A DNA stretch of 64,000 bases from Gemmatimonadales bacterium. GTDB lineage: Bacteria; Gemmatimonadota; Gemmatimonadetes; Gemmatimonadales; GWC2-71-9. Of the stretch, positions 17,597 to 25,346 are shown in pieces. The position numbers and the translations under genes are program-made. The stretch covers positions 33,808 through 97,807 of the forward strand of contig JANRIW010000020.1 of assembly GCA_033764505.1 (NCBI GenBank), read 5' to 3'. The notes beneath the pieces were generated by a model that saw nothing but the letters and a program-made list of their open reading frames with translations, ran no database searches and had not been told where the DNA came from. Each line of letters begins with the position of its first letter. The stretch's first letter is position 1.

Positions 17597-18342
17597 GACT
17601 TCGGCTTGTCCTTGCCGTTGCCCCAGCCGAGCGAGGTGGTGATGCCGAAGCGGATGGCGAAGAGGTTGGCGGTGGAGCGCTTGATGTCGAAGGTGAGCGA
17701 GCCGTTGGCGTTGTCGGTGATGCCGCCTTGCTTGAGGTACTCGCGCTCGCCATGGCCCTGATAGGCGACACCGAGGTCCAGCGCGGTGCGGCGGCTGACG
17801 GGGAGCTGCAGGCCGGCACCGGCGCTCCAGGCAAAGCCGCCGTCGCCGAAGTTCTCGTCGCCCGCGACGATGTCGGGCATGATCCCGCCGCCGATGGCGG
17901 AGATGGTGGCGAAGCGGCTCATGCCGACGAGGCCGTGGCCATAGGCGCGCAGCTTTCCGAGCGGGTAGGACACCTCGGGGCCGACGCCGAAGAAGAAGAT
18001 CCCGTTGGCGGTGGTCACGTTCACCTCGACGCGGCAGCCGGGGGTGGCGGCGAGGCAGGTCCGCTTGCTCTCGTGGCCGTAGTTGAGCCAGCCGGCCTGC
18101 ACGCGCAGGGAGATGAGGCCGTACTCGTCGAGGCGGACGCGGAGGTGTGCCTGCACGCCGCCGGCATTGCTGACGTGCTGCTTGAAGGCACCCGTGGGGC
18201 GGCCGAATTCGGCGGCGACGCCGAGGTGCCAGCGGGGAATGCCCGGGGCGACGGAGTCGGCGGGGGCCGGCTCCTGGGCGGCGAGCGGGGCGGCGAGGAG
18301 CAGGAGGGCGGCGAGGGCGGCACGATATGGCATCACGGGCAT
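17593..18342 (-). CDS. outer-membrane beta-barrel protein
   Basis: Signal peptide ending APLAAQ. Alternating Gly/aromatic beta-strand pattern. ATGA overlap with 16574..17596. Confidence 0.6.
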   Translation of the reverse strand: MPVMPYRAALAALLLLAAPLAAQEPAPADSVAPGIPRWHLGVAAEFGRPTGAFKQHVSNAGGVQAHLRVRLDEYGLISLRVQAGWLNYGHESKRTCLAATPGCRVEVNVTTANGIFFFGVGPEVSYPLGKLRAYGHGLVGMSRFATISAIGGGIMPDIVAGDENFGDGGFAWSAGAGLQLPVSRRTALDLGVAYQGHGEREYLKQGGITDNANGSLTFDIKRSTANLFAIRFGITTSLGWGNGKDKPKS

Positions 18343-18362
18343 CCTGGGTGCAGGGTTGTGGG

Positions 18363-18397
18363 CTTACAGTGTAAGGGTGAGGAGCTTACACTGTAAG
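18363..18397. promoter_or_regulatory. two 13-bp palindromes CTTACAnTGTAAG (candidate TetR operators)
   Basis: CTTACAGTGTAAG at 18363..18375 and CTTACACTGTAAG at 18385..18397, in the divergent region between the OMP gene and the TetR gene. Confidence 0.55.
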
Positions 18398-18479
18398 GCC
18401 ACCGCGGTGCAAGGTGGCACGGGGTGGATCGCGTGGGGGCGGGGTCGATCCGCTCTCGGGCCCGGTCCGCGCGATTTGC

Positions 18480-18492
18480 CTTACACTGTCAG
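18480..18492. promoter_or_regulatory. third, imperfect copy of the palindrome (CTTACACTGTCAG)
   Basis: Lies 20 nt upstream of the TetR start codon. Confidence 0.45.
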
Positions 18493-18511
18493 TCGAGGTT
18501 ATCTCCCCTGC

Positions 18512-19162
18512 ATGCCCACATCACGACGGTCTCCGCTCACCCGGGAGCGCGTCCTCCGCGCGGCCGTGCGCCTGGCCGACAAGCAGGGTCTCGACGCCCT
18601 CTCGATGCGCCGGCTCGCGGCCACGCTCAAGGTCGAGGCGATGTCGCTCTACAATCACGTCGCCAACAAGGACGATGTCCTCGACGGGATGGTGGACCTG
18701 ATCATCGGCGAGATCACGCTGCCCACCCCCGGCGACGACTGGAAGGCGGCGATGCGTGCGCGCGCGACCTCCGCGCACGCGGTGATGCTGGCGCATCCCT
18801 GGGCGCCGATGCTGGTGGTGTCGCGCATCACCATCGGTCCCAACCGGCTGCGCTACATCGACGCCACCCTCGGCGTGCTGCGCCAGGCCGGGCTGTCATG
18901 GGCCGAGACCGATCGCGCGTGGACTGCGATGGACAGCTACATCTACGGCTTCACGCTGCAAGTACAGAACTTTCCCATCGATCCCGAGGAATACGCATCT
19001 GCCGCCGCGAGCTACCTGCCGATGCTCCCCGCCGAGACGTATCCGTACATGCATGAACTCTCGAAGTGCGTGGCCGAAGGCTCACACGACGGGACGCATG
19101 ACTTTGGGTTCGGGCTGGAGTTGATTCTGGATGGGTTGGAAGGGATGATGGATGATCGATGA
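18512..19162 (+). CDS. TetR/AcrR-family transcriptional regulator
   Basis: HTH LSMRRLAATLKVEAMSLYNHVANKDDVL with a TetR-type C-terminal helical domain. The last codons (MMDDR) lie in a heptamer array. Confidence 0.85.
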   Translation: MPTSRRSPLTRERVLRAAVRLADKQGLDALSMRRLAATLKVEAMSLYNHVANKDDVLDGMVDLIIGEITLPTPGDDWKAAMRARATSAHAVMLAHPWAPMLVVSRITIGPNRLRYIDATLGVLRQAGLSWAETDRAWTAMDSYIYGFTLQVQNFPIDPEEYASAAASYLPMLPAETYPYMHELSKCVAEGSHDGTHDFGFGLELILDGLEGMMDDR

Positions 19163-19490
19163 TCGAGAATCGAGAAGCGAGATGCGAGAGGCGAGGGGCG
19201 AGAGATTGTCATCCTGAGCGGAGCGACGGCGTAGCCGTCGCGAAGTCGAAGGACCTCTATCCGTGCGCTGCGGGCCCGGCCTGGGGTGTCCGTTCTCGCG
19301 GACTCCAAAGCGGCTCGCCGCGTCGTCCCCTATACAGCACGCCGGGGGCGCCGCAATCGGCACTCCGTCCCAGGCTGATGGCTCGCCGCCCTTGGAGCCG
19401 CTGCGAAGAACACCCCAGCGCCGAGCCCGCCCATGCTTCTCGCTTCTCGATCATCGATCATCGATCATCGATCATCGCTGTTCGCCGTCC
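19144..19490. repeat. 347-nt nested palindromic composite filling a whole intergenic region
   Basis: Left arm: GATGATG, GATGATC x2, GAGAATC, GAGAAGC, GAGATGC, GAGAGGC, GAGGGGC, GAGAGAT. Half GTCATCCTGAGCG element at 19208..19257. Palindromic element at 19270..19435 (inverted). Right arm: GCTTCTC x2, GATCATC x4, GCTGTTC, GCCGTCC. Confidence 0.9.
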
Positions 19491-19990
19491 TCCCAGTATC
19501 CCACCGTCTCCTCATCGATCGCCGCATGATGCGTGGTCGCGAGCCGTCGCAGCGCGTGGCGCAGCGCGGTGGCGAGTTCGGGTGCGCCGAGGAGCTCGAG
19601 TGAACGGATGATGCGGGTGAGGCGGAGGTAGTTGTGGTTGCGCGGGGTGAGCCAGTGGAGCTGTCGCTCGGCGGCGTTCGACGCGAGCACCACGTTCAGC
19701 GCACCCTCGGCGTGCGTGAGGCGGAGGCCGTAGAACTGGAGCATGACCTCGAACGAGCGGCGGAGGTTCATGCGGAGCATCGGATCGTCGAGCCAGTGGC
19801 CGATATCGTCGTCGGTCAGCAGCGGCGCGCGCCGATTCGCGGACGAGGGCGTCCGCAACGGAAAGAGCCACTGGATGTAGTCGTGGTGCACCTCGAGCGC
19901 GTCGTGCGACCAGTGCCAGATCTCCGCGAGCATGCGCCCGACGTGGTCGGGCCCCTGATGGCGGTAGAAGCGGACGAGGGGAGAGGGCAT
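19472..19990 (-). CDS. opioid-growth-factor-receptor (OGFr) N-terminal-like domain protein
   Basis: FYRHQGPDHVGRMLAEIWHWSHDALEVHHDYIQWLFPL and RNHNYLRLTRI blocks resemble the OGFr conserved region. Confidence 0.65.
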   Translation of the reverse strand: MPSPLVRFYRHQGPDHVGRMLAEIWHWSHDALEVHHDYIQWLFPLRTPSSANRRAPLLTDDDIGHWLDDPMLRMNLRRSFEVMLQFYGLRLTHAEGALNVVLASNAAERQLHWLTPRNHNYLRLTRIIRSLELLGAPELATALRHALRRLATTHHAAIDEETVGYWEDGEQR

Positions 19991-20010
19991 GAGGCCTCGG
20001 CGGAGAGGAG

Positions 20011-20112
20011 CGATCAGCGAACGGCGAACGGCGAACGGTGAACGGGCCAGAGGGTGTCATCCTGAGCGAAGCCCCGCCCCCGCAGGGCGGCGGGGCGAAG
20101 TCGAAGGACCTC
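20011..20112. repeat. heptamers plus half GTCATCCTGAGCG element
   Basis: CGATCAG, CGAACGG x3, TGAACGG. Element at 20056..20112. Confidence 0.85.
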
Positions 20113-20368
20113 TCTCAAGGCGCATAGCTCATCTTGTGACGCCCACCCCCGTCCCCACTTGCACCATACCCTGGGGGTGTCACAGCGGCGTCAACACCGG
20201 GTCCCCCTGTGGAATCCCACAGAAATTCCGTAGGCGGGGCACTGTCACACCCCTGAGACATACTACGGGCCCCATTGGCGATCGGATTGCCCCCGGGGGT
20301 GGGGAGCCGAATCCGCCACCCCCTCCGGGGTGGGGCTAGACTTGAAGGGCGATTCACGCTGCCCCACG

Positions 20369-20403
20369 CTCACGACTCAGGACTCACGACTCATGACTCA
20401 GGA
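20369..20403. repeat. heptamer array containing a start codon
   Basis: CTCACGA, CTCAGGA, CTCACGA, CTCATGA, CTCAGGA. ATG 20393 lies in unit 4. Confidence 0.85.
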
Positions 20404-20788
20404 CCCCCGCGCCTGGTACTTCGAGGTCCGCTTTCGCGCCGAGGCGCCGGTGGCCGAGTGGCCGGCGGAGTTCGTCATTGTGACGGGCTACGCGACGACC
20501 GGCGAGGTCTGGCCCGAGGAGCGGAACGCGGACGCCGACGTTCGGCTGCGCGAGGAGCTGGTGGGGATGGGGCGGTGGCACGTGCGGCTCACCGGCTACG
20601 CGCCGGCGACCGGCCACGCCGAGCCGGGGTGGGCGGTGATGCTGAGCGCCTCGGAGGGGGAGGCGCTGGGGCGCCGCTACGCGCAGGACGCGATCTACGT
20701 GGTCCGCGGCGACGAGCTCTCCGTGCGCTACTGCGACGATGGCCGCGAGGAGCGGGTGGGGTCGTGGCGGGGGCGGATTGGGGGATAG
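20393..20788 (+). CDS. DUF3293-like protein
   Basis: FVIVTGYATTGE...ERNADADVRLREEL...EPGWAVMLS...ALGRRYAQDAIYVV pattern. The ATG is embedded in a CTCAnGA heptamer array. Confidence 0.5.
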   Translation: MTQDPRAWYFEVRFRAEAPVAEWPAEFVIVTGYATTGEVWPEERNADADVRLREELVGMGRWHVRLTGYAPATGHAEPGWAVMLSASEGEALGRRYAQDAIYVVRGDELSVRYCDDGREERVGSWRGRIGG

Positions 20789-21218
20789 CAGGGGCGACAC
20801 CGATCTCATCATTGGCGTGGTGGCCGGGCTCCTCATCGCCTGGCTGATTCATCGCACGGTGGTCTGGTGTCGGGCGTGGTGGTATCGCTGGCTGGGGCGG
20901 CGGGGCGAGGCGAGTGCCGTGTCGCTGCTGAAGGCGGCGGGGTACACCATCCTCGACGATCAGCTCCGACGGCCGTGCAACTATCTGGTCGATGGCGACG
21001 TCATCAGCTACTCGGTGCGCGTGGACTTCCTCGTGGAGAAGGCGGGCCGCCGGTACGTGGCCGAGGCGAAGAATGGCCCGAGTGCGAGCGACCCGCGCAC
21101 GAGCGCCACGCGGCGGCAGCTGCTGGAGTACGCGGTGGTGTTTGGTGCGCACGGGGTGTTGCTCATCGACGTGCCGGGGAAGCGCGTGCGCGTGGTGGAG
21201 TTTGATCTGCCACGCTAG
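20739..21218 (+). CDS. membrane-anchored PD-(D/E)xK nuclease-fold protein
   Basis: TM helix LIIGVVAGLLIAWLIH, then GEASAV and RVDFLVEK...RYVAEAKNG (D...ExK). Start uncertain: ATG 20739 overlaps the upstream gene by 50 nt, and GTG 20817 is an alternative. Confidence 0.5.
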   Translation: MAARSGWGRGGGGLGDSRGDTDLIIGVVAGLLIAWLIHRTVVWCRAWWYRWLGRRGEASAVSLLKAAGYTILDDQLRRPCNYLVDGDVISYSVRVDFLVEKAGRRYVAEAKNGPSASDPRTSATRRQLLEYAVVFGAHGVLLIDVPGKRVRVVEFDLPR

Positions 21219-21233
21219 TCGCGCGTCCGGAAA

Positions 21234-21305
21234 GAGGTCCTTCGACTGCGCAGCCCTGCGGGCTGCTCCGCTCAGGATGACACTGTTCAAGCTTACGACC
21301 TATGA
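21234..21305. repeat. half GTCATCCTGAGCG element (right half) plus short heptamers
   Basis: GAGGTCCTTCGACTGCGCAGCCCTGCGGGCTGCTCCGCTCAGGATGAC, then CTTACGA CCTATGA. Confidence 0.8.
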
Positions 21306-21344
21306 CACCGCGCATTGACATGCGCGGCTGAAGAGGATCTCTAC

Positions 21345-21932
21345 ATGGCCACCCAGTACTACACCGCCACTTCCCTCGACGGCTTCCTCGCGACCGAGGA
21401 CGACTCGCTCGAGTGGCTCTTTGCGCTCGCCGACATCGGCGAGAGCAGCTACCCGGCCTTCATTGCGGAGGTGGGGGCATTGGCGATGGGCGCGGCGACG
21501 TACGAGTGGATGATGCGGCACGCCGATGCGGTGACGGCGGAGGTCGGCTCGCCGTGGCCGTACACCCAGCCGGTGTGGGTGTTCACGACGCGCGACCTGC
21601 CGAAGGTCGAGGGGGCCGACATCCGCTTCGCGAGCGGTGACGTGCGCCCGGTGCACGCGGCGATGCGCGCGGCGGCTGGCACCAAGAACATCTGGATCGT
21701 CGGTGGCGGCGATCTGGCCGCGCAGTTCTTCGATGCCGGGCTGCTCGACGAGATGATCGTGCAGGTCGGCTCGGCCACGCTGGGGAAGGGGAAGCCGCTC
21801 TTCCCGCGCCAGGTGACGAGTCCGACGCTGCGGCTCACCGAGGTGCGGCGGATGGGGACGGGGATGGTGGAGCTGCGCTATGCGGTGGGGCGCTCCACGG
21901 AGCTCGAGGCTCGGTCGGCATTGTCATCCTGA
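21345..21932 (+). CDS. dihydrofolate-reductase-like (RibD C-terminal domain) protein
   Basis: YYTATSLDGF, GAATYEWM and IWIVGGGDLAAQF blocks. The stop codon lies inside a GTCATCCTGA repeat head. Confidence 0.8.
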   Translation: MATQYYTATSLDGFLATEDDSLEWLFALADIGESSYPAFIAEVGALAMGAATYEWMMRHADAVTAEVGSPWPYTQPVWVFTTRDLPKVEGADIRFASGDVRPVHAAMRAAAGTKNIWIVGGGDLAAQFFDAGLLDEMIVQVGSATLGKGKPLFPRQVTSPTLRLTEVRRMGTGMVELRYAVGRSTELEARSALSS

Positions 21933-22063
21933 GCGAAGCCCGCGAAGCGGGCGAAGTCGAAGGACCTCCCTCCTGGCGAGCCTAGCACAGGTCCTTCGAC
22001 TGCGCAGCCCTGCGGGCTGCTCCGCTCAGGATGACACTTTTCGGACCTACGACCTACGACTCT
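21923..22063. repeat. full GTCATCCTGAGCG multi-hairpin element plus heptamers
   Basis: Element at 21923..22036. GGACCTA CGACCTA CGACTCT. Confidence 0.9.
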
Positions 22064-22395
22064 CCAAGCCGGTACAGCATCACTATGAGCGCGCCGGCCC
22101 CCAATCCAATCGACGGCATCATCTTGGCGAGCGGATTCTTGACCTTGAGATGCATGACCAGCGCGGCGGCCATGAAGGCGGCGATGATGCCGGCGCCGAT
22201 CGCTTCGAGGTTGTCGCCGACGCCGAGGAGGAGGACGGCGCCGGTGAGCTTGGCGGCCCCGGTGAGGTCACGCAGCCAGTCGGGGAGACCGAAGGCGTTG
22301 AAGTCGGCGAGCACCGCCGGATAGCGCACCACCCAGACGTAGATCACGGACATGGCCACGAAGGTCTGCAGCAGGGTCGCAGCGGTGGGGCTCAT
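22054..22395 (-). CDS. DoxX-like small membrane protein
   Basis: 113 aa with 3-4 hydrophobic helices and a KLTGAVLLL motif. Confidence 0.6.
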   Translation of the reverse strand: MSPTAATLLQTFVAMSVIYVWVVRYPAVLADFNAFGLPDWLRDLTGAAKLTGAVLLLGVGDNLEAIGAGIIAAFMAAALVMHLKVKNPLAKMMPSIGLGAGALIVMLYRLGES

Positions 22396-22435
22396 GGGGT
22401 GCTCCGGGTGGTGAGGAAGGATGGTGAATAGTAGC

Positions 22436-22774
22436 TCACCGGGTCTGCGCGACGAGCACCACGTTGAGGACGCAGAGCACGATCGCCGGGAGGATGGCGA
22501 GGAGCGGATCGCGGTCGTGGAGTCGGTAGCCGATGGCCACCAGCATCATCAGGGCGAGGCTGCCGGCGGCGAGCGGGAGCAGCGGCCGGAACCAGAAGCC
22601 CAGCAGCAGGCCGGCGCTCCCCGCCAGGTGAAGCGTGCCGATGACGCTCCGATACGGGCTCAGGCCGTAGCGGGCGAAGTCGGCGACCATCGCCTGCGTC
22701 CAGATCAGCGACGCGCCGTGCCACCCGAAGGCGATGATCGAGATCCCACCGGCGAGGATGACCAGCATTGGCAT
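22436..22774 (-). CDS. DoxX-family membrane protein
   Basis: Start at MPMLVILAGG. Four hydrophobic helices, HLAGSAGLLLGF. Confidence 0.6.
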   Translation of the reverse strand: MPMLVILAGGISIIAFGWHGASLIWTQAMVADFARYGLSPYRSVIGTLHLAGSAGLLLGFWFRPLLPLAAGSLALMMLVAIGYRLHDRDPLLAILPAIVLCVLNVVLVAQTR

Positions 22775-22853
22775 GATGCTGGTGGGTACCCGTGGGGGCG
22801 GAGATCGATCCGGACGTCTTGTATGCGTAGGTGCATGCATCCCAGTGAGCATA

Positions 22854-23084
22854 CCAGTAACCAGTGACCAGTGACCAGGGACTAGGGACTAGGGACCAGG
22901 GACCAGGGACCAGTAACCGGTAGATTCCCCTGGTCACGGGTCACGGGTCACGGGTCACGGGTCACGGGTCACGGGTCACGGGTCACGGGTCACGGGTCAC
23001 GGGTCACAGGTCACAGGTCACAGGTCACAGGTCACAGGTCACAGGTCACAGGTCAGGTCTCACGTCTCACGTCTCACGTCTCAT
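22854..23084. repeat. 33 consecutive in-phase heptamers (231 nt) forming an imperfect giant hairpin
   Basis: CCAGTAA, CCAGTGA x2, CCAGGGA, CTAGGGA x2, CCAGGGA x2, CCAGTAA, CCGGTAG, ATTCCCC, TGGTCAC, GGGTCAC x10, AGGTCAC x6, AGGTCAG, GTCTCAC x3, GTCTCAT. Confidence 0.95.
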
Positions 23085-23086
23085 CA

Positions 23087-23551
23087 ATGACCAAATGGAA
23101 CTCCCCCGCCGACTGGCAGCGTCTCTGTGACGGTTCGGCCTGCCCGATCTGTCTGCGTGGCGAGCCACTGGACGTCATCGCGCCGCTCGACGCCTCGTGG
23201 CTGACGATGTCCGAACGCGCGCCGATGCGCGGGTATGTCTGCCTGGTCTCGCGCATTCATGCGGTGGAGCTGCACGATCTCACGCTGGCGCAGGCCGAGG
23301 CGTTCATGCGCGATGTGCACCGGGTGTCGCGCGTGCTGTCGGCGGTGACGGGTGCCGTGAAGCTCAACTACGAGATCCACGGCAACACGCTGCCGCACCT
23401 GCACATGCACTTCTTCCCGCGCTACGTGGGTGATCCGTTTGAGGGGCGCGCGATCGAGCCGTCGCGGATTGTCGCGCCGGTGTATGCGGACGGGGAGTTT
23501 GCGGTGTTGCGGGAGAGGATGGTGGCGGCGTTGGGTGGGGCGCCGCCCTGA
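23087..23551 (+). CDS. HIT-family hydrolase
   Basis: Histidine triad GNTLPHLHMHFFPRY. The ATG directly follows the 33-unit heptamer array. Confidence 0.8.
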   Translation: MTKWNSPADWQRLCDGSACPICLRGEPLDVIAPLDASWLTMSERAPMRGYVCLVSRIHAVELHDLTLAQAEAFMRDVHRVSRVLSAVTGAVKLNYEIHGNTLPHLHMHFFPRYVGDPFEGRAIEPSRIVAPVYADGEFAVLRERMVAALGGAPP

Positions 23552-23554
23552 GCC

Positions 23555-24190
23555 TCACGCCCTCGTGCGTGCCACGCACACCGCCGCCCAGCAGGTCCAC
23601 GTGGCCTGGCCGAGCACGATCATCCCGAAGCCCTGCACATCGAGCGCGAGGCGGCCAGCCGCAATGCCACCGACGCCGATCACCGCGACCGTGATCCCCA
23701 GCCACCGGAGCGTCGCCGGGAAGCGCGCGTCACGACGCATCGCGATGGACCAGCATGCGATCGCGATACCGCCCAGCGCCACGAACACCTTGGTCAGCGC
23801 CTGATTCATCGCGAACGCGAAGCGAATCTGCGAGAGGACGATCTCCTGTGCGACGCCGGTGGTGCTCACCGAGGCTTCGAGCAGCGGCGTGATCACCAGG
23901 CCGGAGAGCGTGGCCGCGCCGACCACGGCACTCGTCCCCACGGCGTAGGTCACCACGCCGAACACCGCGAGATCGCGATTGGGGAGCATGAGGGTGAGGC
24001 CGAGGTAGCCGGCGAGCAGCAAGGGCTGGACGCCGATGGCGAAGGCGTGGATGGCGCGGGCCATCACGTCGCGCCCGCCCGCGGCGGCACTGGCCACCAC
24101 GTCCTGGCCGGTGGGGTGCAGCGCCATCACCATGAGGGAACCGAGCATGCCGACGATGAGTGCGGCCGAGACGCGCGAGGGGTGGGACAC
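23555..24190 (-). CDS. integral membrane protein of unknown function
   Basis: GTG start. 211 aa with about 6 hydrophobic segments. Confidence 0.6.
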   Translation of the reverse strand: MSHPSRVSAALIVGMLGSLMVMALHPTGQDVVASAAAGGRDVMARAIHAFAIGVQPLLLAGYLGLTLMLPNRDLAVFGVVTYAVGTSAVVGAATLSGLVITPLLEASVSTTGVAQEIVLSQIRFAFAMNQALTKVFVALGGIAIACWSIAMRRDARFPATLRWLGITVAVIGVGGIAAGRLALDVQGFGMIVLGQATWTCWAAVCVARTRA

Positions 24191-24271
24191 GGGGTGCTCC
24201 GTGGTGGGGGTGGAGTGTTGCGGCCTCTGCCGCGGCCGTACATTCGCACATGGGGTTCATGTACCGGGGAG

Positions 24272-24889
24272 ATGATGAACAACGACAGGGCGGATGTGCA
24301 GGAAGTGGCCGAGGCGTGGGGCGCGGAGGGGTGGGCCGACCCGCGCGTGGAGCGGAGCACGCGCGCCGTGCTGATGGCGATGGGTCAGCTCCTCCCCGAG
24401 GTGCCGTACGGTGACCTGACCGTACAGCAGATCCTCGACCGGGCGGGCGTGTCGCGCGGCACCTTCTACAAGCACTATCGCAACAAGGATGCGGCGCTCC
24501 GCGCCTCCCTCGGGGCGATGCTCTCGTCGCTGCAGCGCGCGCCGGGGGCGGGGAATCGGCTCTTTCCCGTCCGCGAACTGATCGAGCACGCGGCCAGCGC
24601 CACCGCCCTCGGCGCTTCACTCGAGGCGGCCGACCGCCTGGAGCAGCTCTGGGACGACTTGCGCAGCGAAGTGGCGCTCAGGCTCGAGGCGCAATTGGTG
24701 CCGGTGCCGGGATCGTTTCCAGGGGCGCCGGTGTTGGCATCGCGGGTGTTGGCCGGCGCGATGGTGGAACTGGTGCGCCATGTCGCTGAGGCCAGGGCGA
24801 CTGTCTCCGCGGCCACACTCGATGAGCGCTTCCACCGGATGGCGATGGTGGCGATCGGGCAGTTTGGGTGCGTGCGGCGGGATGGATAG
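24272..24889 (+). CDS. TetR-family transcriptional regulator
   Basis: HTH LTVQQILDRAGVSRGTFYKHYRNKDAAL. Divergent from the membrane protein gene. Confidence 0.75.
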   Translation: MMNNDRADVQEVAEAWGAEGWADPRVERSTRAVLMAMGQLLPEVPYGDLTVQQILDRAGVSRGTFYKHYRNKDAALRASLGAMLSSLQRAPGAGNRLFPVRELIEHAASATALGASLEAADRLEQLWDDLRSEVALRLEAQLVPVPGSFPGAPVLASRVLAGAMVELVRHVAEARATVSAATLDERFHRMAMVAIGQFGCVRRDG

Positions 24890-25346
24890 CACTCCAGTGA
24901 TGCGCACGCACCTCGCCGCCCTGATCCTCACCATGCTCTGGGCCACCGCCCCGATGCACGCCCAGGAACCGCCGACCGAAGCGGGCGCGCTCGCCGCGGC
25001 GGTGCGGTTTCTCCGGACGATGCCGAGTGTTGGGGACTCGATCCCGATCGTGACCGACACGGCCGCGGTGCGGCGGGCGCTCACGCACTGCACCGAGGTG
25101 CCTGGTTCGGCGCCGACGTGTGTGCTGGTTGATGGCCGGGAGGCGTGGCTGGTGCTGGTGCGGCTCAGGGCGCCGGCGTCGGCGGAGGTCGAGGTCCGTG
25201 AATACCAGGTCCTCCGTCGCACCTGCGCCTTTGGAGAACCGTCACCCGCACCGATGCTGGGCTACTTGGCTGGGCAGAGTTGGACCATGGCGTACGTGGA
25301 TGGTCGGTGGACGTGGGACAAGCTGGGGCGGGGGTGGGTGTGCTGA
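24882..25346 (+). CDS. secreted hypothetical protein
   Basis: Signal-like MRTHLAALILTMLWATAPMHAQ. The start overlaps the end of the TetR gene. Confidence 0.5.
   Translation: MDSTPVMRTHLAALILTMLWATAPMHAQEPPTEAGALAAAVRFLRTMPSVGDSIPIVTDTAAVRRALTHCTEVPGSAPTCVLVDGREAWLVLVRLRAPASAEVEVREYQVLRRTCAFGEPSPAPMLGYLAGQSWTMAYVDGRWTWDKLGRGWVC

Noticed and set aside
22854-23084. Regular repeat array considered as a possible CRISPR
   Set aside because: The period is 7 nt with no spacers, and no cas genes are present. It is a microsatellite-like heptamer array.
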